NCBI GenBank assembly: GCA_050287085.1
Contig: JBNKBE010000013.1
Coordinates: 64,001 to 128,000, forward strand
Source: Polyangiaceae bacterium
Lineage (GTDB): Bacteria > Myxococcota_A > Polyangia > Polyangiales > Polyangiaceae
DNA: 64,000 bases
Direction of reading: 5' to 3'
Part shown: positions 48,656-58,050 of the stretch, piece after piece
Numbering within the stretch: position 1 is the stretch's first letter
How the letters are laid out: every line of letters begins with the position of its first letter
Translations under genes and position numbers: made by a program
The notes under the pieces: generated by a model
Database searches by the model: none
The model's input: the letters and a program-made list of their open reading frames with translations, nothing else
Told to the model about the DNA's origin: nothing

Positions 48656-49885
48656 ATGAAAAATCTCCGCGCCGCCACTCGCTGGACAAGCCTCGCGACT
48701 GTCCTCACCCTCTCCGCTTCAGCTTGTAGTGACAACGCAAGCCAGAAGGAGACCCCGACACAAAGCGCCGGGGCCGGCGGAGACGCAGCCGCCGCGAGTG
48801 GAGCGCCCGGATCGGCAGGCATGGCCACTGGGGGAAGCGCCGGCACCGCACCCCAGAACGACGGTCCGACGGCGGGAGCGGCCATGGGGGGCAACGAATC
48901 CGGCGACAACAGCCAAGGTGGCGCTGGGGGAAGCGGGGGAAGCGGCGACGAAAGCCTCGCAGGCGCCGGTGGAGCCCCTGATGGCGCTACCGGCGGGGCT
49001 GGCGGGGACAACACCGGCGGCACTGCAGGAGGGGGGATGGAGCCCAGTAGCGCCGGAGCTGGAGGCGCCCTCCCCGAGCAGAGCTGCGTGATGATGGAGG
49101 CGTGGCCAGAGCTGGACGCATCCAGCGCCGGCCCCTACCAGGTCGTAACGGAGACCAATGTCGGGCCCACCGCAGGCGTTGCGGAGAACGGCATGGTCCC
49201 GCGCTTCAACCTCTATCGCCCCAGTAGTCCGGGTGAGGGCGGCGTATGCCATCCAATCGTCACCTGGGGTAACGGTCACGGGGACAACCCTCGGACCTAC
49301 GAGGTTCTGATCAAGCAGCTGGTATCCCACGGCTTCGTGGTGGTCGCTTCGCTCAGCTCAAATACGTCCCAGGGAGATCCTCTGCCCACCGTGGCTGGCA
49401 TCGACTGGATGCTCGAGGAGAACGAGAACCCCGACAGCCCCTTGTATCATGCCTTGGACACGAACCATATCGGAGCCACAGGACACTCCGAAGGTGCTGG
49501 GGCCACCGTCACCAGCGGCTCAGACCCACGGATTACGACCATTGCGCCCATCCATGGCGGCAGCACCGCCAACAAGAACCTACACGGCCCTGCCCTGTAT
49601 CTATGTGGGGGTCAAGACACTGTGGCCAGGTGCAGCAATATCGAAAACGCGGTCGACGGCATCGACAATCAACCCGTCATGCTAGCCGAAAACCTCAAAG
49701 CGGATCACGGCAGCTGGCTCAATCAGGGCGGGATTCAGGGCCCCACCATCATCGCCGCCACCGCCTGGATGCGCCTGCACCTGATGGGAGACGAATCCCA
49801 ACGTGATATGTTCTACGGCGCGACCTGTGAGCTGTGTGAGGACACCGCGAATTGGCGAGTGAAGCGCAAGATGATGGGCGAGTGA
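48656..49885 (+). CDS. Cutinase/PETase-like alpha/beta hydrolase lipoprotein with Gly-rich linker
   Basis: Lipobox-like ASAC, GPY, HPIVTWGNG, SHGFVV, GHSEG, GGQD, ADH. Confidence 0.82.
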   Translation: MKNLRAATRWTSLATVLTLSASACSDNASQKETPTQSAGAGGDAAAASGAPGSAGMATGGSAGTAPQNDGPTAGAAMGGNESGDNSQGGAGGSGGSGDESLAGAGGAPDGATGGAGGDNTGGTAGGGMEPSSAGAGGALPEQSCVMMEAWPELDASSAGPYQVVTETNVGPTAGVAENGMVPRFNLYRPSSPGEGGVCHPIVTWGNGHGDNPRTYEVLIKQLVSHGFVVVASLSSNTSQGDPLPTVAGIDWMLEENENPDSPLYHALDTNHIGATGHSEGAGATVTSGSDPRITTIAPIHGGSTANKNLHGPALYLCGGQDTVARCSNIENAVDGIDNQPVMLAENLKADHGSWLNQGGIQGPTIIAATAWMRLHLMGDESQRDMFYGATCELCEDTANWRVKRKMMGE

Positions 49886-50016
49886 ACGCCACGCGATGGC
49901 CCGCCTTCGCCGTACCAGGCACCCGGCGCGTTGAACAAGCGCGCAACCCACGCGCCGCGGCAGCCTGAGCTCGATCGAGCTCAAGTCTCTGAAGCTTCTG
50001 CCGATTCAGTGAATCG

Positions 50017-51888
50017 ATGTCGCGTCAGACTCCGGCTATTTCGCTCGTTCCAGACGACGCGCCGATCAAGACGTTCGAGGATCGCACAGACAGTGCAGGA
50101 GTTCGGCGCGAAGCGGCGATATTTCGCTACCTTGCGCGCCTCTCCCCCATCCCTGTGGCGCTCACCCATCGCGATACAAGCGAGATACTGTTCAAGAATC
50201 CGGAGTTCGATCGAGTATTTGGCGCAACGATAGCGTCTGGCAAAGAGGCCTTAGCACTCTATGAAGACCCCGAGGCGCGTTCAGCGCTGGTCGCCAAGGT
50301 GATTGCGGAGAACGGCGTTCGCAACGAACCCGTCCGATTTCGACGCTCAGACGGGACCATCGGTGACTTCCTGGTCTCCATGTTGCCGGCAAGCATTGAC
50401 GGCCTGAGTCTGCTCTACACCTATGCCCTCGACGTAAGCGACAGAGTCTCTGCAGAGAACCACCTGAGGACCCGAACGGAGGAGATGTCACTCATCCTCG
50501 ACAACGTATCCGAAGGGTTGTGCATCATCGACGGAAACGGGCTGGTCCGGGGTGAGGCCTCTGGCAGCGCTATCCACTGGCTAGGAGCCGTCCCCGCTGG
50601 CACGCCTATTGGCGATGCCATAGCAGCCAAGGATCAGCCCGTTGGGCAATGGTTTTCACTCGCGTGGGACGCCGTACGCGACGCCATCCTGCCGCTGGAG
50701 GTCACCCTCGCCCAGCTGCCACACATGATGCGAGTGGACGGAAACCACATCGAGCTCATGGTGCGCCCGATCGGCACCTACACCGAACACGACCGGCCGG
50801 AAGCGTACCTCGTCATTCTTGCCGACGTCAGCGAGAGCATTGCCAAGAAGTCCGCCGAGAGCCAGCAACGCGCGCTGCTCAACATCTTTGAGCACGTCCT
50901 GCGTGACCGCGGCGCGGTAGTGGACTTCATCGCGGACTCCGACGCGATCAATGCCCGCATTCGCGCGATACCGATCGAGTCGGGCACGATTTCCCGCAAG
51001 GATATCGTGGAATTTCGCCGCGACGTGCACACCCTGAAGGGCAACTATGGTCTATTTGGGCTCGAACACCTAGCACTCGCTTGCCACGAACTGGAAGAGG
51101 CGCTCGACGGCACGATGCTAACTCGTCCTGAGGCCCTTGAGGAACTGCTCTCAGGCTGGGAGGCCTTCCGCGAACGAGCGCGAACCTTCGTCGACAATCA
51201 CGAGGCCGACATCGACGTGACGCGCGAAGATGTCGCGGAGTTGCGCGAGGCGCTGCGGCGTGGAGCTCCGGGTGATCAGTTGTTGCGGTTGATCGACGCG
51301 TGGAAGCAACAGTCCGTTAAGCGGCGCCTGGAACGCATCCGCGGGCAAGCTACGGCGCTGGCCCGAAGACTAAAAAAGGGGCAGCTACGATTCGTCGCCG
51401 AGGCCAACGCACTGCGACTGCCGGTAGAGCGTTGGGGCCCCTTTTGGAGCGTTCTGGCGCACGTAATACGCAACGCCATCGACCATGGCCTCGAGTATCC
51501 CGATGACCGCGTAGCGGCGGGCAAGTCGCGGAACGGCTTGGTTCGCGTGACCACCTACGCGACCGGCGACGACGTGGTGGTCGAAGTGTGTGACGATGGG
51601 CGTGGAATCGATTGGGACCGAATTCGCAGCGTCGCCCGCAGCAGAGACCTGCCTGCCGAAACCCATACGCAGCTGATCGATGCACTCTTCACTGACGGTC
51701 TAACGACACGCACCGAGGTGTCAGAGACATCGGGACGCGGCGTCGGTATGGCGGCCGTCAAAGCCTGTGTACTGTCGATGGGAGGAACGATTGAAGTCAC
51801 CTCCGAGCGGGGACGAGGCTCTACCTTTCGCTTCTCGATTCCGAACGTCGAAGTTCCCCCGAGCAGCGCCGCAAGCTCGGTCCGCTAG
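50017..51888 (+). CDS. PAS-PAS-HPt-HATPase CheA-like histidine kinase without CheW domain
   Basis: N-terminal PAS-like regions, RRDVHTLKG HPt, HVIRNAIDHGLE, DDGRGI, SGRGVGM. Protein ends after the ATPase domain. Confidence 0.88.
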   Translation: MSRQTPAISLVPDDAPIKTFEDRTDSAGVRREAAIFRYLARLSPIPVALTHRDTSEILFKNPEFDRVFGATIASGKEALALYEDPEARSALVAKVIAENGVRNEPVRFRRSDGTIGDFLVSMLPASIDGLSLLYTYALDVSDRVSAENHLRTRTEEMSLILDNVSEGLCIIDGNGLVRGEASGSAIHWLGAVPAGTPIGDAIAAKDQPVGQWFSLAWDAVRDAILPLEVTLAQLPHMMRVDGNHIELMVRPIGTYTEHDRPEAYLVILADVSESIAKKSAESQQRALLNIFEHVLRDRGAVVDFIADSDAINARIRAIPIESGTISRKDIVEFRRDVHTLKGNYGLFGLEHLALACHELEEALDGTMLTRPEALEELLSGWEAFRERARTFVDNHEADIDVTREDVAELREALRRGAPGDQLLRLIDAWKQQSVKRRLERIRGQATALARRLKKGQLRFVAEANALRLPVERWGPFWSVLAHVIRNAIDHGLEYPDDRVAAGKSRNGLVRVTTYATGDDVVVEVCDDGRGIDWDRIRSVARSRDLPAETHTQLIDALFTDGLTTRTEVSETSGRGVGMAAVKACVLSMGGTIEVTSERGRGSTFRFSIPNVEVPPSSAASSVR

Positions 51889-51987
51889 CGCTTGCTGCGC
51901 GCCGACCTAGCTGCACACGCTAGAAGGTCGGGCGTCCGAGCCCTCGGACACCATCCGGGGCGCTGGGGCCAGCCCTTCAGAGTAGCT

Positions 51988-53268
51988 TCACGGCGCCGCA
52001 ACCGCGTACAAGTACTCCCATACGGGGATGAACGCCTGAACCGTGCCGCTGGTCACCGAGCCATGGGCGTCGCCCACGTTGGCCGAACTATAGAGCCGGT
52101 GCGAGTCCCCGTAGGGAGCTGCAGCCCCATCGACCGAAGTCGGAGCCCCAGGCAGGCCCAGCGCTTCAAACGCGGCCAAGTGTCCCTGATGCTGACCGTC
52201 GCCAGTGTGCGAGAAGCCGAAGAATCGTTCAGGGGCTGTCGCCGGGTCGCCGTTCAGCCAATTCTGTCCTGGATCGTAGGGTCCGGCCAGCATCACTACG
52301 CGGGCCACGGGGCGCGTCATTCCAATAATGCCCGAAGTACTAGCGCCATGCGAATGCCCGGTAATGATGATGTCCTCCCAACGAGGCTGGTCGCCAGCAA
52401 CGAAGTAGCTCCAGTCGCCCTCAGGATTCAGGTTGGCGAGATGCATCAACCCGCGCACGATGCGTTCTTCGATACTGTCCGGACGGGTAATGTTGAGGAA
52501 GGGATGGTGATCGACCCCCTCCAGCGCTTCGAGGCGGCAACCTCCGATGTCGTCCCCGCAATTGTCGACGCCGTAGTCGCTGAGGAAGCACGGTCCAAAC
52601 CAGTGATAGCCGAGCCCGGAGACGATCTGCCACAGCGCTTCGCCGCCGCAATCACCGAACTGACCTGCGCCGTGCAAATAGACGACCAGCTTTCCGGCGG
52701 ATTCGATCCGAGTATCGAGGTAGGCGTGCTGACGACCCAGGGCACCCGATGCCGCCGGATCCGCCTCGCGCGCCGTAAACTGGAACGAGAAGAGCTGCGG
52801 GTTATCTCGCTGGACAGCAGGGCCCACAGCCTCATCCGGTGAGGAGCCAGCATCTAGCCCCCCCTGTCCTTGCCCCCCGGCGGCGCTGCCCCCCGCGGAA
52901 CTACCTCCGCCACCGCCGTCCCGTCCCCCATTTTGCGCTTGTCCCAGCTCCCCTGCTCCGCCCCCGTCATGACTGGCGCCGCCACCGCTCCCCCCCTCGA
53001 CCGCTTGCGCCCCGGTGCCACCCTCGGACGGCCCTGACGCGCCGTTCCCTCCCAACCCAGAGGCGAGTCCCCCAGACGCGTTGTCCTCCGAAGAACCGGC
53101 GCTAGCGCCGGCAGTCCCGCCTGGCGCCCCCCCGCTCCCTCCGAGCGGCGCACTTCCCCCTCCGAGCGGCCCTGTCGCCCTTTCCGCTGGCTCACCGTCG
53201 CAGCCAGTCGTCAGTACACAACCGACAAGACCGACCACTGCACTCCGCATACGCCCTCTGCACCGCAT
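51988..53268 (-). CDS. Alpha/beta hydrolase lipoprotein with Gly-rich linker
   Basis: Lipobox-like TTGC, KLVVYLHG, GHSHG nucleophile, candidate HTGD and AH residues. Confidence 0.75.
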   Translation of the reverse strand: MRCRGRMRSAVVGLVGCVLTTGCDGEPAERATGPLGGGSAPLGGSGGAPGGTAGASAGSSEDNASGGLASGLGGNGASGPSEGGTGAQAVEGGSGGGASHDGGGAGELGQAQNGGRDGGGGGSSAGGSAAGGQGQGGLDAGSSPDEAVGPAVQRDNPQLFSFQFTAREADPAASGALGRQHAYLDTRIESAGKLVVYLHGAGQFGDCGGEALWQIVSGLGYHWFGPCFLSDYGVDNCGDDIGGCRLEALEGVDHHPFLNITRPDSIEERIVRGLMHLANLNPEGDWSYFVAGDQPRWEDIIITGHSHGASTSGIIGMTRPVARVVMLAGPYDPGQNWLNGDPATAPERFFGFSHTGDGQHQGHLAAFEALGLPGAPTSVDGAAAPYGDSHRLYSSANVGDAHGSVTSGTVQAFIPVWEYLYAVAAP

Positions 53269-53489
53269 GGTTTCAAAGGTTACAGGTTAATTTCTCAAGG
53301 AGAAGCCGTCGCGACACAGCTTGAATGCGATTCGATTTCCAGCGCAACACTGGACGCAGCCTGGAATACGCCTCGAGAACGACGTTGCTTCGCTCCCACG
53401 CGCGGTTGCGTCTCGACTTTCACGCAGCAGCAGGCCATTGTAGCGCTGCACCCGTGTTGGGGAAATCAGGTGCTGAGTAAGTCAGGAGT

Positions 53490-55322
53490 ATGTGCCGTCA
53501 AATGTTGAGCGCCGAACTCGACCAGACCGAACGTGTCAGGCCCGTCCTTGCCTCGAGCCTCGCACAACCCGGGCTCACCCGCAGGTGGTTCAGAAGCGCA
53601 TGTGCCGCCGCAGCGTCGTGGGTGGCCTTGGGCTGCGGAACTTCCGGTGCTCAGCCTGGGCTTACGGGCGATGAGCCCGGGTTCGCCGCCAGCGGGGGTA
53701 TAGCGACCGCCGCGGGCAGTGGTGGGACTGCCGGCACCGCCAATGGCACTAGCGGCGCAAGCGCAACAGCGGGTGCCGACGCTATCACTGGCGACAGGGA
53801 CGAGCTTGCCGAGGCCGACGTGGGCACCAAAGCCATGCATCGCATGAGCAACAGCGAGTACGATAATACCGTCCGCGACCTGCTTCATTCGACGCTGCGG
53901 TTCGGCGATAGCTTCGTGGTCGAAGAAGCCGAAGGCTTTGACAACATCGCCGCAGCGTTATCCATGAGCCCGCGTCATGTAGAAGAGTATTTCACTGCTG
54001 CCCGCGCCCTCGCGGAAGACGTCTTCGCTTCGCCAGAGCTGCGCAGTCGCATCGTCCAATGCGAGCTTTCGGCAAGCGACGGTACCTGCGCAGAATCCAC
54101 TATCACGAGTTTCGGAAAGCAGGCCTTTCGTCGGCCTATTGAGCCGTCTGAGCTCGAGTGGCTGATGAACGCCTACCAGGAAGCGCTCGCCCTGGGTGAA
54201 TCTCCGGACGGGGCGATGCAGCATGTAGTACACATCGTGCTCGCGTCCCCGCAGTTCTTGTATCGCATCGAGTTCGATCCGAACCCGACGGACGTCACCC
54301 CGCATGCGCTAAGCGCTTGGGAACTCGCGAGCCGGCTCTCCTACGCCTTGTGGAGCAGTATGCCGGACGAGACGTTGTTCGACCTAGCCGCGCGCAATGA
54401 GCTGCACGACCCGGAGGTATTGAGCGCGCAAGTCGATCGTATGCTCGACGACTCCCGCGCTGAAGCGCTGGCGGCCAACTTCGTCGGTCATTGGCTCGGC
54501 GCCAAACGACTGGAGGAGCACACCGCCAGGCCGGACATCTATCCGGACTGGTCCGTCGAGCTTGGCGAGTCCATGCGGAAAGAGATGGAGCTGTACTTCC
54601 TGGAGTTCTTGCGCGGCGAGCGACCCTATAGCGAGTTTCTGAGCGCTGACATCAACTTCACGGACGCTAGGCTGGCCGAATACTACGGAATGCCCCCCCA
54701 AGGTGACGCCTTCCAGCGAGTAGAGAGCACTACCGATCGCCGACGCGGGCTTATCGGCCTGGCGGGCTTCCTTACTCATACCTCGCGTGAGACGCGCAGT
54801 TCCCCCATCGTCCGGGGGAAGTGGATCCTAGACGCCATGTGGTGCGTCGAGTTGAAAGTTCCCGCAGGCGTGGTGGTGCAACCGTTGCCAGAGTCCGAGC
54901 TAGAGGCACAAAACGCCACAGTGCGAGAACTGATGGAAGCCCATCGCGCTGATGCGGCTTGCGCCCCGTGCCACAATCTGATCGATCCAATTGGCCTCTC
55001 TCTGGAGCACTTCGATGGCATCGGTCGCTACCGCGAGACCTACGAGGGCGGTGGCGCGATCGATTCGACCACGGAGCTTCCCGGCGGCAACGTCGTCGAC
55101 AGCTTGGAAACCCTGAGCGACGCCCTGGCAAGCGATGCCAAGTTCGTGCCGTGTATAGCAAAGAAGTTCAACACCTACGCTCTCGGTCGTACGGAAACAG
55201 CTCTTCCTTTTCTCGAGGACATCGTGGCCCGCTGGACCGCCCAGAACGTGTCGCTACGCAACATGATTAAGGCCACAGTGACCAGCGATACCTTCACAAT
55301 GAGAAGGGCTTCCACTCCATGA
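53490..55322 (+). CDS. DUF1592-family lipoprotein (DUF1587/1595/1592/1588/1585) with CxxCH
   Basis: RMSNSEYDNTVRDL, GFDN, AFRRP, SPQFLYR, ELASRLSY.LW...PD, SPIVRG.W, CAPCH...DPIG. Confidence 0.92.
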   Translation: MCRQMLSAELDQTERVRPVLASSLAQPGLTRRWFRSACAAAASWVALGCGTSGAQPGLTGDEPGFAASGGIATAAGSGGTAGTANGTSGASATAGADAITGDRDELAEADVGTKAMHRMSNSEYDNTVRDLLHSTLRFGDSFVVEEAEGFDNIAAALSMSPRHVEEYFTAARALAEDVFASPELRSRIVQCELSASDGTCAESTITSFGKQAFRRPIEPSELEWLMNAYQEALALGESPDGAMQHVVHIVLASPQFLYRIEFDPNPTDVTPHALSAWELASRLSYALWSSMPDETLFDLAARNELHDPEVLSAQVDRMLDDSRAEALAANFVGHWLGAKRLEEHTARPDIYPDWSVELGESMRKEMELYFLEFLRGERPYSEFLSADINFTDARLAEYYGMPPQGDAFQRVESTTDRRRGLIGLAGFLTHTSRETRSSPIVRGKWILDAMWCVELKVPAGVVVQPLPESELEAQNATVRELMEAHRADAACAPCHNLIDPIGLSLEHFDGIGRYRETYEGGGAIDSTTELPGGNVVDSLETLSDALASDAKFVPCIAKKFNTYALGRTETALPFLEDIVARWTAQNVSLRNMIKATVTSDTFTMRRASTP

Positions 55323-56845
55323 AAAGCATGACACGTTCATGTGGCATCTCCCGCCGGCATATCCTGCGCGGAGCCGGGGTTGCGCTCGCCTTGCCTTGGC
55401 TACCGTCGCTCGAACGTAAGGTAGCGCATGCCCAAGTCGCGAAGGCCAAGCGCTTCGTTCCCATCTACCTTCCAAACGGTGCCTCCACATTGTGGTGGAA
55501 GACAACCGGAAGCGGCGCCGGCGACGCCTGGCAGTTGTCCCCATTGCTCTCCGCCTTTGAGCCCGTGAAGAGCAAAATGCTGATGCTTCGTCAGCTCGGA
55601 AACTTCACTTGGCGGAGCGATCTGCTGACGATGTCACCCGGTTGGACCACCACGCGCGAGCGCAATGACTTCTGTGGCGTCTGCGCCATGCCGAACGGCG
55701 CCTACATCAGCTACAGTCACGCGCGCGATCCGTCGGCTCTGCTCAACTGCATCGACGGCGACGCATATCGTATGGCGCGCGGCGTAGACGTGGCCAACAG
55801 CTCGGACAATGGCGAGACCGTCGATCAGCTGATCGCGCGTCTCTCGCCGCGCGAAACCCCACTGCCAAGCATGCAGCTCGGACTATTCGATGGCGCAGGG
55901 GGTCTGGATGAGCGGCACAGCGCCATGTCGCGCAATATGTCCTGGAGCCAAACAGGCACGCCGCTGGGCAAGGACCTCGAGCCCATCGACGTGTTCAATC
56001 GACTGGTCGCAGCAGGCGCCGGGCAGAGCGACGGCGCGGCGGAAATGCGGCAGGCGGCCGAGCGCCGACGGGCCCTCGACGCAAGCGCTCTCGACGCGCT
56101 GAGCGAGGGCGTTATCCAGCTGCAGCCGAAGCTTGGCCAGGACGACCGTCAGCGACTGGATCGCTTTCTGACTGGGGTCCGCGAGCTCGAGGGCAAAGTG
56201 AATACCGTGTTCGAGGGTGATGCCAGCTGCGAGCTGCCCGAGCTACCCTCCGATCTTACACAGCCTAAGTTGCGAGCGGAGGCGATGAACGATCTGCTGG
56301 TGATGGCGCTCGAGTGCGACATCACGCGAGTCGCCACCTACATGCTCGACAACAGCCGCTCGGATCTCGTGTACCGCTGGGTTCCGCGCTTGGATTGGGA
56401 AAACGGCGGCGTAGAGGTCGGAGGCACCGCGACGTCTTATCACGAGTCGCAACACCACGCGGGCACGAGCCCGGATTTTGCGTCGATCACGCGTTGGCAC
56501 ATCGACGTAGTAGCCGATCTGCTGACCAAGATGGATGCCGTAGTCGATGGCGTGGGCGAGGCCCCGTCTGGCACTTTGTTGGACAACAGCTTGGTCCAAT
56601 TCTCGAGTGGCATGCACCACGGCGACCACGCGTCCTTCGACCTCCCCTTCCTCCTCTTCGGTGGCGGCGGTGGGGTCTTCCGGCAAAACGAGTTGATTGA
56701 GTTTCCCGAACCGGTTGAGGAGATGCGTCAGTTGCGGGACCTCTACTTCACCATCCTCAATCACTATTTCGAACTCGGCGTAGAAAGCTTCGGCGAAGAC
56801 CAGCGGGGCGTCCCCAATGAGGTCATGCGCGAAGTGCTGGCCTAA
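55319..56845 (+). CDS. DUF1552 domain protein, Tat-exported
   Basis: SRRHILRGAGVALALPWL, PNG, TVDQ, D..RLD..L..VRELE, ALECDITRVAT, TLLDNS. ATGA overlap. Confidence 0.92.
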   Translation: MKSMTRSCGISRRHILRGAGVALALPWLPSLERKVAHAQVAKAKRFVPIYLPNGASTLWWKTTGSGAGDAWQLSPLLSAFEPVKSKMLMLRQLGNFTWRSDLLTMSPGWTTTRERNDFCGVCAMPNGAYISYSHARDPSALLNCIDGDAYRMARGVDVANSSDNGETVDQLIARLSPRETPLPSMQLGLFDGAGGLDERHSAMSRNMSWSQTGTPLGKDLEPIDVFNRLVAAGAGQSDGAAEMRQAAERRRALDASALDALSEGVIQLQPKLGQDDRQRLDRFLTGVRELEGKVNTVFEGDASCELPELPSDLTQPKLRAEAMNDLLVMALECDITRVATYMLDNSRSDLVYRWVPRLDWENGGVEVGGTATSYHESQHHAGTSPDFASITRWHIDVVADLLTKMDAVVDGVGEAPSGTLLDNSLVQFSSGMHHGDHASFDLPFLLFGGGGGVFRQNELIEFPEPVEEMRQLRDLYFTILNHYFELGVESFGEDQRGVPNEVMREVLA

Positions 56846-56887
56846 GCCACTCGAGAGGCCTCTGTCCGGGGCCCGCCGCGCTCGACA

Positions 56888-56934
56888 GGACCAGACCAGG
56901 CCGTCTGCGAACGACCCGGACCTGGTCTTGGTCC
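56888..56934. terminator. Inverted repeat between convergent genes
   Basis: GGACCAGACCAGG ... CCTGGTCTTGGTCC (13 bp, one bulge, 20-nt loop). Confidence 0.4.
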
Positions 56935-56970
56935 AACCTCTCCCAGTCTGTGAGCCAGAGCGGGGTCTGA

Positions 56971-57570
56971 CTAGGCGAAGAGCTTCGCGGCGATCTCTGC
57001 CACGTGCCTACCTTGGAAGCGCGCTCCGTTGAGTTCGTTTTCGCTTGGCTGGCGAGAGCCGTCACCCGCCGCAATGGTCGTGGCGCCATAGGGAGAGCCG
57101 CCGCTCAGCTCGTCGACCCCCATTTGCCCGGCAAACGAATAGGGCAAGCCTACAATCACCATACCGTGGTGCAGAAGCACCGTATGGGTCGACAGAATGG
57201 TACTTTCTTGCCCCCCGTGCTGCGTCGCCGTGGAGCTGAATACGCTACCAACTTTGCCCACTAACTTGCCGCCAAACCACAACCCGCCGGTCTGATCCAG
57301 AAAATTTTTCATTTGGGCGGGCATGTTGCCGAAACGGGTCGGTACGCCGAAGATGATCGCATCATAGTCCGCAAGCTCGTCCGGCGTTGCGATCGGGGCC
57401 GCCTGATCCAGCTTGAAGTGGCTTTGCTTCGCCACCTCCTCCGGTACAAGCTCTGGAACACGCTTGAGCGCAACGTCCGCCCCTGCGTCCTTCGCGCCTG
57501 CCGCGACGGCCTCCGCCATCTTCTCCACATGTCCGTAGCTGGAATAGTAGACCACGAGAACCTTTGCCAT
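56971..57570 (-). CDS. wrbA: NAD(P)H:quinone oxidoreductase type IV
   Basis: [42 protein letters not shown]. Confidence 0.96.
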   Translation of the reverse strand: MAKVLVVYYSSYGHVEKMAEAVAAGAKDAGADVALKRVPELVPEEVAKQSHFKLDQAAPIATPDELADYDAIIFGVPTRFGNMPAQMKNFLDQTGGLWFGGKLVGKVGSVFSSTATQHGGQESTILSTHTVLLHHGMVIVGLPYSFAGQMGVDELSGGSPYGATTIAAGDGSRQPSENELNGARFQGRHVAEIAAKLFA

Positions 57571-57960
57571 TTTTCCTCCAAGCCTTTCTGTAGCGGGGGT
57601 CGTCCCCCCAAGGCTTTGGATACTAGCAAAGTTCACGTATCTGCCAGGGGTATTCGAACCTCGCCCGTGAGGCCGCTCGCCGCCCCGTGCGGGCCCCTTC
57701 ACCTGGTCAGGATGGGTCCTCGGGAGGGCTTCTCCCCGGAGGAGCGCAGGTATTGCACGAAACCTGGGAGTCATTCGCCACTTACGGGTTCACACAGACG
57801 GCGGATCAGTGCACCGTGGGTTCCCACTTCTTTGCGGCTCAATGCAGAATTCCCAAGCGGACGGATTAGCTCTATCCGTCGAAGTATGCTCAGAAAAACT
57901 AGGTTCCGCCGCGCCGCGAAGCGGCTAATGTATAAGCACAGGCTGTCAGCACGTCAGTTT

Positions 57961-57988
57961 TTGACAATTTCGCTCGAGCCGGTGCAAT
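57961..57988 (+). promoter_or_regulatory. Candidate sigma70-type promoter for the second DUF1592 operon
   Basis: TTGACA-N16-TGCAAT, about 60 nt before ATG 58051. The -35 overlaps a TGTCA-N13-TGACA inverted repeat. Confidence 0.35.
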
Positions 57989-58050
57989 AGGAACAGTAGA
58001 TGACCTTGAAACAAGTTGCGACTGGCCGAGGAAGAGTCGAGGAGAACGCA

